A DNA stretch of 64,000 bases from an uncultured Clostridia bacterium (GTDB taxonomy: Bacteria > Bacillota > Clostridia > TANB77 > CAG-508), in NCBI GenBank assembly GCA_944387525.1, contig CALXFF010000001.1:13242-77241 (forward strand). The letters are read 5' to 3'. Below, piece by piece: positions 20,683 through 29,522 of this stretch. Under the pieces are notes generated by a model. That model ran no database searches and was not told the DNA's origin. It was given only the letters and a program-made list of their open reading frames with translations. Numbering within the stretch: position 1 is the first letter of the stretch; each line of letters begins with the position of its first letter. Position numbers and translations under genes: made by a program.

Positions 20683-21161
20683 TATTTACAAAATCTATGT
20701 TTTCCTATTGTTTTTACTACTGGCCTTGACCATATCCATTTATTAGTTGCAGTAGCTGGATTGAAATAATAAATGCATCCACCTGTTGGGTCCCATCCAT
20801 TCATTGCATCTTGTGCTGCTTTATATACTGTAGAATTTTCGTCAATAGGTGTATTTATTTGACCATCTGCAACTGCTGTAAAAGCTCCACTTTGATATAT
20901 AACTCCTGCTATTGTATTTGGGAATTGTGAGCTTTTAACACGATTTAATATAACAGCTCCAACTGCAACTTGTCCTTCATATGGCTCTCCTCTTGCTTCT
21001 CCATTTATTGCTCTTGCCATTAGTTGTAAATCAGATGCACTGCTACTACTTGTCGCATAACTAACATCTTCTTTGACAATTCCTTCATCTATAAAAAAAA
21101 TGAAAAATAATAACATCATTAAAAATACAAAAACCATGATTACTTTTAAAAAACTTTTCAC
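20682..21161 (-). CDS. sleB: SleB/CwlJ-family spore cortex-lytic hydrolase
   Basis: ARAINGEARGEPYEGQVAVGAVILNRV... hydrolase_2 signature with a signal-like N-terminus. Confidence 0.8.
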   Translation of the reverse strand: MKSFLKVIMVFVFLMMLLFFIFFIDEGIVKEDVSYATSSSSASDLQLMARAINGEARGEPYEGQVAVGAVILNRVKSSQFPNTIAGVIYQSGAFTAVADGQINTPIDENSTVYKAAQDAMNGWDPTGGCIYYFNPATATNKWIWSRPVVKTIGKHRFCK

Positions 21162-21299
21162 TTTAAAATTCCTTTCTTTCCAAACATTTCTTTATTATTT
21201 TGTACACTTTGAAAAAAAATATTCCATTTTTTGAATTTTTATCTGTTTTATGTTAGAATATTGAAAAATATTTATTATAAATTTGAGGGGAATATTGAT

Positions 21300-22424
21300 A
21301 TGAAAAAAATTCTAATTTTTTATGCATCATATGGAGGAGGACATCTAAATGCTGCAAAATCAATTTATGAATATATTACTAATAATTACAACAATTATGA
21401 TATAGAAATGATAGATTGTATGAAATATGTCAATAAAACTATCGAAAAGATTACAACAGCCGCATATAGAGAAGCTGCAAAAAAAATGCCTTGGGTTTGG
21501 GGACGAATTTATAATGATTCTCAAAAAGGTCCTTTGGCACATCTATCTTCAAGGTCGAATAAAATAATGGCAATCAAATTATTAAAATTATTACGTGAGA
21601 AACAACCTGATTTGATTATTTCTACACATCCTTTTGGAAGTCAAATGTGTAGCTATTTAAAACGAAAAGGAAAAATCCATGCAAAAATCGCAACAATTAT
21701 GACTGATTTTGCTCCTCATGACCAATGGTTAATTGGAAGTGATTTTACTGATTATTATTTTGTCGCTCATGATAAAATGAAACAATATTTAATTAGTAAA
21801 AATATTCCTGAACAACATATATTTGCAACTGGAATTCCTTTATCAAAAAGATTTTTAGAAAAACATGATAAAAATAAAATATTAAAAGACTTTTCTTTGT
21901 CTGAAAATAAGAAAACCATACTATTTTTTGGTGGCGGAGAATTTGGACTTGGAAAAAGTAAAACTGTTGAAATTTTCGAAAGTTTTGTTTCTTTTAATCA
22001 TGATTTACAAATAATTGGTATCGCTGGAAAAAATGAAAAAATGAAACTGGCTTTTGAAAATATAGTAGAAAAATATAAAGCAAAAGATAGAGTTAAAGTT
22101 CTACATTTTACAAACAAAATTCCTGAACTTATGTCTATATCAACTTTAGTTGTTACAAAACCAGGTGGAATGACTACGACTGAGAGTTTGGCTTCTCATT
22201 TGCCTATGATTATAATAAATCCAATTCCTGGGCAAGAGGAAGAAAATGCTGAATTTCTTGAAAGTAAAGGTATTGGTATTTGGATTAAAAAAGATACTGA
22301 TGTTTCTTCTTTATTAAATGATTTGTTTTCAAATTCTAATAAGTTAGAAATAATGAAAGAGAATACGAAACTTCTTGCTAAAACTAATTCTACTAAAGAT
22401 ATTTGTGAAATTCTTCTAAACTAA
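21300..22424 (+). CDS. MGDG-synthase-type diacylglycerol glycosyltransferase
   Basis: MKKILIFYASYGGGH N-terminus and a GT28-like C-terminal half. ATG 21300 follows GAGGGG; the track start at 21231 is probably too long. Confidence 0.75.
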   Translation: MKKILIFYASYGGGHLNAAKSIYEYITNNYNNYDIEMIDCMKYVNKTIEKITTAAYREAAKKMPWVWGRIYNDSQKGPLAHLSSRSNKIMAIKLLKLLREKQPDLIISTHPFGSQMCSYLKRKGKIHAKIATIMTDFAPHDQWLIGSDFTDYYFVAHDKMKQYLISKNIPEQHIFATGIPLSKRFLEKHDKNKILKDFSLSENKKTILFFGGGEFGLGKSKTVEIFESFVSFNHDLQIIGIAGKNEKMKLAFENIVEKYKAKDRVKVLHFTNKIPELMSISTLVVTKPGGMTTTESLASHLPMIIINPIPGQEEENAEFLESKGIGIWIKKDTDVSSLLNDLFSNSNKLEIMKENTKLLAKTNSTKDICEILLN

Positions 22425-22452
22425 AAGAGCACCTATTTTGGTGCTTCTTTTA
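22423..22452. terminator. bidirectional hairpin between convergent genes
   Basis: AAAAGAGCACC-TATTTT-GGTGCTTCTTTT, A-run/T-run flanked. Overlaps the last codons of ORF 22433..22732. Confidence 0.55.
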
Positions 22453-22732
22453 GTATAAGGTATCCGTTAAACAAAAAGATTTCGAAATCTTGTGTCTTCT
22501 GACGAATCTCAAGAGGAATTATAATTCTCCTTTTATCGTCAACTTTAACAAAAGAAATAACTTTATCATTTTTTAAGTTAGCCTTAACTTTTGGTTTTAG
22601 TCTAATCATCGAATTTCCCATTGAACAAAGAGCTATCTCTTTACTATTTTTGATATTCGAAAAATTAACTAATTCAAAAGGTAATTGCAATCTCCCTTGT
22701 TTGTCTAATGTCCGTATCACCTTATTAATCAT
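22433..22732 (-). CDS. AbrB/SpoVT-fold DNA-binding protein with two half-domains
   Basis: VIRTLDKQGRLQLP and VDDKRRIIIPLEIR swapped-hairpin motifs. Contains the only in-frame CGG in the window (22712-22714) that reads through as Arg. Confidence 0.6.
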   Translation of the reverse strand: MINKVIRTLDKQGRLQLPFELVNFSNIKNSKEIALCSMGNSMIRLKPKVKANLKNDKVISFVKVDDKRRIIIPLEIRQKTQDFEIFLFNGYLILKEAPK

Positions 22733-22807
22733 ATGCTTTCCCTCCTAAGTTTTGGGTTTACATGTTATGTCGATTATTATATCATAAAAAAATATATTAT
22801 GCAAATA

Positions 22808-23407
22808 TTATAATTCTCTTCTTCCCTCTAAAGCCTTAGTTAAAGTAATCTCGTCAGTATACTCTAAATCTCCACCAACAGGAATACCATGTGCTATCCT
22901 TGTAACTTTAATTCCTAAAGGCTTAATCAACTTAGATAAATACATAGCAGTTGCTTCACCTTCAACTCTTGGATTTGTTGCTAAAATTACCTCTTTTACT
23001 TGTCCATCCATAAGCCTTGATAACAATTCCTTTATTTTTATATCATCTGGTCCAACCCCGTTCATAGGAGAAATTGAACCATGTAAAACATGATAAACGC
23101 CTTTAAATTCGTGCGTTTTTTCCATTGCAATAATATCTCTAACATCTTCTACTACACATATTACACTTGTATCTCTTTTTGGATTTGCACATATCTCACA
23201 TGGATCTGTATCAGAAATGTTAAAACATTTACTACAATATTTCAAATTTTTCTTTGCATTGATAATAGAAGAAACAAATTCGTTTGTTTCTTCTTCTGAA
23301 CAATTTAATATATAAAAAGCAAGTCTTGCAGCTGTCTTATGACCAATGCTTGGCAATCGCTCAAAACTTTCTATTAATTTTTCAATAGATGGTGAATAAA
23401 GTGACAT
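22808..23407 (-). CDS. recR: recombination protein RecR
   Basis: HhH N-terminus, CxxC...CxxC zinc finger, Toprim domain; 199 aa. Confidence 0.95.
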   Translation of the reverse strand: MSLYSPSIEKLIESFERLPSIGHKTAARLAFYILNCSEEETNEFVSSIINAKKNLKYCSKCFNISDTDPCEICANPKRDTSVICVVEDVRDIIAMEKTHEFKGVYHVLHGSISPMNGVGPDDIKIKELLSRLMDGQVKEVILATNPRVEGEATAMYLSKLIKPLGIKVTRIAHGIPVGGDLEYTDEITLTKALEGRREL

Positions 23408-23438
23408 CGTTTCCTCCTAAAAGCCATTTTTTAACAAA

Positions 23439-23496
23439 GGTCCGTCCCTAAATCCCTAAAAACAGGGATTTTTAGGACCGTCCCTAAAATCCCCCT
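23439..23496. repeat. GTCCC-core dispersed repeat, two head-to-head units, copy e
   Basis: GGTCCGTCCCTAAATCCCT-AAAAAC-AGGGATTTTTAGGACCGTCCCTAAAATCCCC. The right end supplies the ybaB codons GGG GGA TTT TAG. Confidence 0.65.
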
Positions 23497-23834
23497 AATC
23501 CAGGTATGTTAAATTTTCCAAGTTGATCTGCTTGTGCTGAGTCCACTTTTCTTAATGCTTCATTTACACATGTTAAAATTAAATCTTCTAGCATTTCTAC
23601 GTCATCTGGATCAACTACTTCTGGTTTTATTTTTATTTCTTTTATAATTTTTTCTCCTGATACTTTTACACTTATTGCTCCTCCACCTGCTGTTGCATCA
23701 AATTCTTTTGTAGCTAATTCTGCTTGTGATTTTTCCATATCTGCTTGCATTTTTTTAGCTTCTTTCATTAAGTTATTTAGATTCATTCCTCCGAATCCTC
23801 CCATTCCACCTGGGAAACCTCCTCTTTTACCCAT
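23484..23834 (-). CDS. ybaB: nucleoid-associated protein YbaB/EbfC
   Basis: [21 protein letters not shown]... YbaB signature. ATG for MGKRGG follows AAGGAG. Confidence 0.9.
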   Translation of the reverse strand: MGKRGGFPGGMGGFGGMNLNNLMKEAKKMQADMEKSQAELATKEFDATAGGGAISVKVSGEKIIKEIKIKPEVVDPDDVEMLEDLILTCVNEALRKVDSAQADQLGKFNIPGLGGF

Positions 23835-23935
23835 TCTAAATTCTCCTTTCTTCATTCATTATTTATATATTTTTTTCTTCATTATTTATATATAATTTTT
23901 ACCTTTAATTTTTTTGTCACATCTCAAAACAGTTA

Positions 23936-25633
23936 TTAATCTATTATATTAAAAGGTATATCTGACTCATTTGCAAGATTTTGTAAATTTTCTTCTCTAG
24001 TTACTTTATGTGCATTTTGTTCTGGTACAATATACTTTATTTGCATTTCTTTACCACATGCCATTGAAACCAGATTTGAGATTTCTCTCATATTTTCTTG
24101 CTTATCTAAAACTAACTTTCCAAATGATGTCATACCATTTGGAAATTCTATTCCAACTGTCATATCATTTATTTCTTTTGCATTTGTTCCCATTAAATTA
24201 GTGTATAAAACTCTTTTTCCTCTTTGCTTTAAATCATTTAATATTTGTGGCCAATATTCCTCTGAATTTCTAGAAAATTTCGTTGCGGTTGCAGTAGTAT
24301 TATTAGAATTTGATCTTGTTTTTGTTTGTTTTACTGCACTATTTAAATTACTTGAATTACCTGAATTATTCAAATTATTTGAAACGCTTTTTTCTGCTAT
24401 ATTTGTGGTTGTATTCATATTTGTAATACCATTTTGAAACACATTCCTATTATTTCTCAAATAGTTTTCGATTTTAGCAACTCTTGCCTCAAGATTTGAA
24501 CTAGAATTTTGACCATTTTGTATTCCGTTACTTTGAACATTATTTTCATTCATAGTTCTAGGTTGGCACAATTTTATCATACCAGCTTGAAACATTATAG
24601 TTTTTTGAGTGGTTCTCTTTATATCATTTTCCATTTCTGACAATTCATATATTATATTAATAAGTTGTTCCTTAGTTGTTTTGTCCGCAATATTTTTTAT
24701 CTTAGCTTTTTCCTCGTCATTATACATTTCTAATTTTCCAGCCGTCTTATAAACAAGAACATCCTTACAATATTTAATCATTTCCCACAATAAATTTACT
24801 ATATCTTTTCCTTCATTTAAAATAACATCTACCGCTTCTAATGTTTTATCAATATCATATGAAAAAACTGAATCAATAACATCATGTACTAAAGCTGTAC
24901 TAGGTATACCAACTAAATCTCTTATCTTATTTTCATCAATTTTATTATCTCCATCTTGAACACATCTCTCCAAAATAGAAAGTGCATCTCTCATTGCTCC
25001 TTCTGAAAGAATAGCAATTATATTTAATGCTTCTTCTGTTATCTCTATTTTACTTTCTTCACATACTATTTTTAAACGCTTTATTATATCCTCATTTGAT
25101 ATTCTTTTAAAATCAAACCTTTGACATCTTGAAAGAATTGTTGCTGGTAATTTTTGTGGTTCTGTTGTTGCCAATATAAATTTAACATGCTCTGGTGGTT
25201 CTTCCAATGTCTTTAACAAAGCATTAAAAGCTCCTGTTGAAAGCATATGCACCTCATCTATAATATATACTCTGTATTTTGCCTTTGTTGGTAAAAAATT
25301 AACCTCTTCTCTTATACTTCTAATATCTTCTACACTATTATTTGATGCAGCATCCATTTCAACTATATCAGTTAATGCACCTGACAAAGCTTCTTTACAT
25401 ATCTCACATTCATTGCAAGGCTCTCCATCTTTTGGATTCAAACAATTTACTGCTCTAGCTAAAATTTTAGCAGCTGATGTTTTTCCTGTTCCTCTCCCAC
25501 CATTAAAAAGATATGCATGTCCTACTCTATTTGCTATTATTTGATTTTTTAATGTTCTTGTAATTGCCTCTTGCCCAACCATTTCTCCAAATGTTAATGG
25601 TCTAAATTTCCTATAAAGTGCTGTGTACCCCAT
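23936..25633 (-). CDS. dnaX: DNA polymerase III subunit gamma/tau
   Basis: GHAYLFNGGRGTGKTS Walker A, zinc module CNECEIC, DEVHML, SRCQRF sensor motifs. Confidence 0.95.
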   Translation of the reverse strand: MGYTALYRKFRPLTFGEMVGQEAITRTLKNQIIANRVGHAYLFNGGRGTGKTSAAKILARAVNCLNPKDGEPCNECEICKEALSGALTDIVEMDAASNNSVEDIRSIREEVNFLPTKAKYRVYIIDEVHMLSTGAFNALLKTLEEPPEHVKFILATTEPQKLPATILSRCQRFDFKRISNEDIIKRLKIVCEESKIEITEEALNIIAILSEGAMRDALSILERCVQDGDNKIDENKIRDLVGIPSTALVHDVIDSVFSYDIDKTLEAVDVILNEGKDIVNLLWEMIKYCKDVLVYKTAGKLEMYNDEEKAKIKNIADKTTKEQLINIIYELSEMENDIKRTTQKTIMFQAGMIKLCQPRTMNENNVQSNGIQNGQNSSSNLEARVAKIENYLRNNRNVFQNGITNMNTTTNIAEKSVSNNLNNSGNSSNLNSAVKQTKTRSNSNNTTATATKFSRNSEEYWPQILNDLKQRGKRVLYTNLMGTNAKEINDMTVGIEFPNGMTSFGKLVLDKQENMREISNLVSMACGKEMQIKYIVPEQNAHKVTREENLQNLANESDIPFNIID

Positions 25634-25659
25634 ATTACCACATCCTATAAATCAATCCT

Positions 25660-25800
25660 TTAAAAAATGGCTGATACTCAATCTCTCTATGGAAAGATTC
25701 CACATAAAGATTACTACTTATTGCTGCTCCCTTCCGGGCCTGACAAGATTCATAGGTCTTTATCGGATTCTCTCCATACAAAGATTAAGTTCAAACCATT
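25660..25800 (-). ncRNA. ffs: signal recognition particle RNA (short hairpin type)
   Basis: The minus strand contains GTCAGGCCCGGAAGGGAGCAGC (domain IV with GGAA tetraloop). The flanks pair by eye (AATGG/CCATT, CTTAATCT/AGATTGAG, TATGGAGAGAATCC/GGAATCTTTCCATA). A T-run follows. Located upstream of dnaX as in Bacillus. Confidence 0.8.
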
Positions 25801-25856
25801 TGTATTATATAATGAAATTTAGTATTTTACAAGTCAAATTCAAAATTTTTTAAGAA

Positions 25857-26609
25857 TCAATTTTGAATTCTTTTAAATATAAAATCACTCATATCTGTAA
25901 TTTCTTGAGAAGTTGTACCTTGTCCCACTACATCACCTACTGGAATATCCAAAGAAATATTAGTTTGATATTCTTTTCCACTTTGTGTACTTATTTTAAA
26001 ATCAAATGTCAATTTTGCTTGTAACTGTTCATTTGTTATCCCTGCTTTTGATAGTAACTGCTGATTATTAATTTCTAAATCATCTGTTGCATATTCCATC
26101 AAATTATCATATGAACAACGAAAACTAACTAATCCACCTTGATTTGAAATCTCTAAATTTTTTAAATTTGACTCCATCCCTCCTGTATACACAATCTCTT
26201 GTACAACATTATCCTCTTTGTTTTTAAATATTTGTTGTTCTTCTTCACTATCTGGTTTATATATTTTTACTTTATCACTATTTTGACCTTCGACTACAAT
26301 ATTATTAATTAATACAGAAGTTATGGTATCAGTACCATCATAATCACTATTTTTATCAATATACAAATAAATATCATTATATTGATACAAATCAAAATTC
26401 CACCTAGTCCCCACAGCCTCTTTACTTATTCCATCTGATGAACTAATAACTGAAATTTTTGTCAATTCAAAAGGCATATTAGTCTCACCTTCTACATTAT
26501 AACGTAAAATTAAAATTCCAACTACAAAAAATATAATTGCAATTATTGTTATAATCATAACTATATGGAATGACTTTCTATGCGTTAAATACTTAAACTT
26601 TTCTATCAT
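25857..26609 (-). CDS. hypothetical membrane-anchored protein (250 aa)
   Basis: Single N-terminal TM helix, no recognised motif. Inserted between tadA and the SRP RNA. Confidence 0.5.
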   Translation of the reverse strand: MIEKFKYLTHRKSFHIVMIITIIAIIFFVVGILILRYNVEGETNMPFELTKISVISSSDGISKEAVGTRWNFDLYQYNDIYLYIDKNSDYDGTDTITSVLINNIVVEGQNSDKVKIYKPDSEEEQQIFKNKEDNVVQEIVYTGGMESNLKNLEISNQGGLVSFRCSYDNLMEYATDDLEINNQQLLSKAGITNEQLQAKLTFDFKISTQSGKEYQTNISLDIPVGDVVGQGTTSQEITDMSDFIFKRIQN

Positions 26610-26623
26610 CTTTAACCTCCAAT

Positions 26624-26654
26624 AGGGATTTAGGGGACGGTCCTAAAAATCCCT
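26624..26654. repeat. GTCCC-core dispersed repeat, hairpin form, copy f
   Basis: AGGGATTTAGGGGACGGTCCTAAAAATCCCT overlaps the tadA stop (AGG GAT TTT TAG on the minus strand). Confidence 0.6.
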
Positions 26655-27104
26655 TTTTCTCAATTCCTTGAAAAAATCTTTCAAAATTTTCTCACATTGT
26701 GTTTGTAAAATTCCCGTTTCCACAATCACCTTGTGATTAAATGTAAAATCTTCAAACAGGTTTAAAACTGAACCAGCAGCACCTGTTTTTTTATCCATTG
26801 TTCCTATATATAAGTTTCTAATTCTTGAATTTATGATAGCTCCTGCACACATAGAACATGGCTCTAATGTTACATACATATCACAATCTAAAAGTCTCCA
26901 TGCCTCTAATTTTTTACTTGCTTTTTGAATTGCTAATATTTCAGCATGTTTTGTTGTATCTTTTTTAGTTTCTTTTAGATTATGCGCTCTTGATATAATC
27001 TTCCCATCTTTAACTATAACACATCCAACTGGTACTTCCAATTTGTCATATGCTTTTTGAGCTTCTTTCAAAGCTTCTTTCATAAATTTTTCTTTTTCTT
27101 GCAT
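26643..27104 (-). CDS. tadA: tRNA adenosine(34) deaminase
   Basis: HAEILAI and PCSMCAGA CDA zinc motifs; 153 aa. Confidence 0.9.
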   Translation of the reverse strand: MQEKEKFMKEALKEAQKAYDKLEVPVGCVIVKDGKIISRAHNLKETKKDTTKHAEILAIQKASKKLEAWRLLDCDMYVTLEPCSMCAGAIINSRIRNLYIGTMDKKTGAAGSVLNLFEDFTFNHKVIVETGILQTQCEKILKDFFKELRKRDF

Positions 27105-27427
27105 GACTTTCTATAAAATATATAACTATATCTTTTCCTTTCTTTTTGCTTTTAATATATCATATTATACACTTTAATCACTAATTTTGTAAAGTCTGTT
27201 TTTATCCTTAATAATGTTTAATACTAATAATCTAAATAATTTTAAACTCAATATTTATTCCACATAAATTATGTTGTATGGCATTTTATTTTATAAAAAA
27301 TTTGATTTTTTCATAAGTATTTTTTGTGCTTTTGTAAAATCGAGTAACTCATTCATTTTTATTGTGCTACCATAAAAATTGCGTGTAAAAATATGTCACA
27401 CAAATACTAAAGAAGAGGGGGTTTAAA

Positions 27428-27574
27428 ATGCAAATTAAAGGCAAAGAAGTTGGCAATATAGAAATAACAGTTTATAAAACAGAAGATGGTTATCCTTTCT
27501 TTTATATAAGACCTGATGATGAATCATTACTACCAATTGTTGATATTTTAGAAGATACATTGAAGCTTTATTAA
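27428..27574 (+). CDS. small hypothetical protein (48 aa)
   Basis: ATG after AGAGGGGG RBS gives MQIKGKEVGNIEITVYKTEDGYPFFYIRPDDESLLPIVDILEDTLKLY, followed by a hairpin terminator. Confidence 0.4.
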   Translation: MQIKGKEVGNIEITVYKTEDGYPFFYIRPDDESLLPIVDILEDTLKLY

Positions 27575-27603
27575 CTGCATAGGGAATATACTTTCCTATA
27601 ATT

Positions 27604-27645
27604 AAAAAATGAATAGATTGAGCTTTCAATCTATCCATTTTTTAT
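27604..27645 (+). terminator. rho-independent terminator
   Basis: AAAAATGAATAGATTGA-GCTT-TCAATCTATCCATTTTTT. Confidence 0.5.
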
Positions 27646-27669
27646 GTTTATTATGTCATTAATCTTTTT

Positions 27670-27745
<76 letters not shown>

Positions 27746-27898
27746 ATATTAAGTTATCAAAAACATTATATTATATTTAATCATAAAAATCAATATTTTT
27801 ATCTTACTTAAACAGAAGAAATTTTATTAAAAAGTTTACATTTAATTCCAGACTTATCCACATTTCATCCACAATTTTGTAAATTTTTTACAAAAGTA

Positions 27899-27928
27899 TT
27901 GACAATATGTAGCAATTAATGATATATA
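27899..27928 (+). promoter_or_regulatory. candidate sigma-A promoter for the antitoxin/PIN pair
   Basis: TTGACA at 27899-27904, 18-nt spacer, TATATA(AT) at 27923-27928. Confidence 0.35.
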
Positions 27929-28073
27929 TAATTTATACAAGATTTGATTTTATGTTAATTTTGTATTATAATAATATTGTATCATATTATTAAATTTTGT
28001 TCATACTATTTTATAAGGTGATAGTATGGTAATAAAAAATTTTCATAGTTTTTCAAAAAGGAGGAGATATGTA

Positions 28074-28253
28074 ATGGCTAAATTAAATAAAAGTATATCT
28101 ATTGAAGATATGTTAATAGATGAAATTGAAAATTCTAGTACAAACGACTGGGATGAATTATGCAATGCATGTTCTTCTCTTATTAAAGAAGCTAATATGT
28201 CTGATGAAGATATTGATGAAATTATAAAGAAAGTTAAAAATGGTACTATATAA
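28074..28253 (+). CDS. putative antitoxin (59 aa, acidic)
   Basis: ATG after AAAGGAGGAG. Its stop overlaps the start region of the PIN gene. Confidence 0.45.
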   Translation: MAKLNKSISIEDMLIDEIENSSTNDWDELCNACSSLIKEANMSDEDIDEIIKKVKNGTI

Positions 28254-28254
28254 A

Positions 28255-28712
28255 ATGAGAATTGTAGTAGATACAAATGTTTTTATTAATGGAATATTTA
28301 AAGGAGATAGCTTTTGTAAAGCTATTTTTACATTAAAGAGCCTAAATAAGGTTACTTTTGTTATGAATAAAGATATGCAAAACGAATTATTAGTTACCTT
28401 TGGTAATATTCTTATGGAAGCTATAAAAAGGATACCTAAAAAAAGGAATTCAATATCTTTCCTTTAATGGCTACTCTTTCAAAATGTTTATGGCAAGTTG
28501 AAGAAATAGACCATATTATTAATACTAATTATTGTAAAGATGATAAATCTGATAATAAATTTATTGATTGTTGCATAGATGGCAATGTAAAATATTTAAT
28601 AACTCAGGACACTCACATTAATTCAGTTAGTGAACAACTTCAATCAGAGCATAACATTGAAATATTAAGTCCTTTTCAATTCTACACTAAATACCAAACA
28701 AAACAATTATAG
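28255..28712 (+). CDS. PIN-domain toxin, ORF interrupted at an A7 run (needs -1 or an 8th A)
   Basis: MRIVVDTNVFINGIF... PIN N-terminus. The frame changes within the run at 28438-28444 (CCT AAA AAA AGG); the second half has DNKFIDCCIDGNVKYLITQD. Track ORFs 28240..28467 and 28467..28712. Confidence 0.65.
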
Positions 28713-28725
28713 AACGGTGATAAAA

Positions 28726-29439
28726 ATGCAACGAATACTAAGTTATATGAGAAAAGCAATAGAAGAATATAAAATGATAGAAGAAGGAGATAAAATCGCA
28801 GTATGCCTATCAGGTGGAAAAGACTCAATAACAATGCTTTCAGCCTTTAAAGCGTTACAAAGATTTTATCCAAAAAAATTTGAAATAATAGCAATTAGTA
28901 TAAATCCAGGATTTGAATTTTTTGATACAAAACTACTAGAAAACATATGCAATAATTTAGATGTACCACTATTTATTGGAGAAAGTAATGCCAAAGCAAT
29001 AGTTTTTGATATCAGAAAAGAAAAAAATCCATGTTCATTATGTGCAAATTTACGTAGAGGTGTAATAAATTCAATTGCAATAAGAGAAGGTTGTAATAAA
29101 ATTGCATTAGGTCATAATCAAGATGATGTTCTAGAAACTTTTTTATTAAATTTATTATACACTGGAAATATTGGCACATTCTCCCCTGTTAGTTATATGG
29201 ACCGTACTAAAATAACCTTGATTAGGCCTTTGGTGTATACTCCAGAAAAAACTATACGAAGTTTTGTACGTAAAAACAATATAGAAGTAATGAAAAAAGT
29301 ATGCCCAATGGATGGCACATCAAAAAGAGAAGATATGAAACAATTAATCTTCTCCTTGACAAAAAGTATTCCTATGCTACGTGCTAATTTATTTGGTGCT
29401 ATTCAAAGAAATTTACCTGATTGGAAAGTTAATAAATAA
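28726..29439 (+). CDS. TtcA/TilS-type PP-loop tRNA thiolase family protein
   Basis: SGGKDS PP-loop, CSLCANLRRG, GHNQDD motifs. Confidence 0.8.
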   Translation: MQRILSYMRKAIEEYKMIEEGDKIAVCLSGGKDSITMLSAFKALQRFYPKKFEIIAISINPGFEFFDTKLLENICNNLDVPLFIGESNAKAIVFDIRKEKNPCSLCANLRRGVINSIAIREGCNKIALGHNQDDVLETFLLNLLYTGNIGTFSPVSYMDRTKITLIRPLVYTPEKTIRSFVRKNNIEVMKKVCPMDGTSKREDMKQLIFSLTKSIPMLRANLFGAIQRNLPDWKVNK

Positions 29440-29522
29440 TTGATAGACAAAACGCAAGAAAGTTATAATTGGCTTTCTTGCGTTTTATCTCTTTATTATA
29501 TTCTACCTTGTAGAATTTTTTA

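Noticed and set aside
24387-24393. An A AAA AAG heptamer inside dnaX, as in the E. coli programmed -1 frameshift.
   Set aside because: The zero frame here is GCA GAA AAA AGC, so the heptamer is not in the X XXY YYZ phase. No downstream stem was evident.
27435-27638. A 67-aa minus-strand ORF.
   Set aside because: It is antisense to a better-supported small plus-strand ORF with a strong RBS, and it spans that ORF's terminator hairpin.
27854-27873. A perfect DnaA box TTATCCACA followed by TCATCCACA, considered as a possible origin.
   Set aside because: There are only two boxes, no dnaA or dnaN nearby, and no AT-rich unwinding repeats adjacent. More likely a stray DnaA-box cluster or chance.
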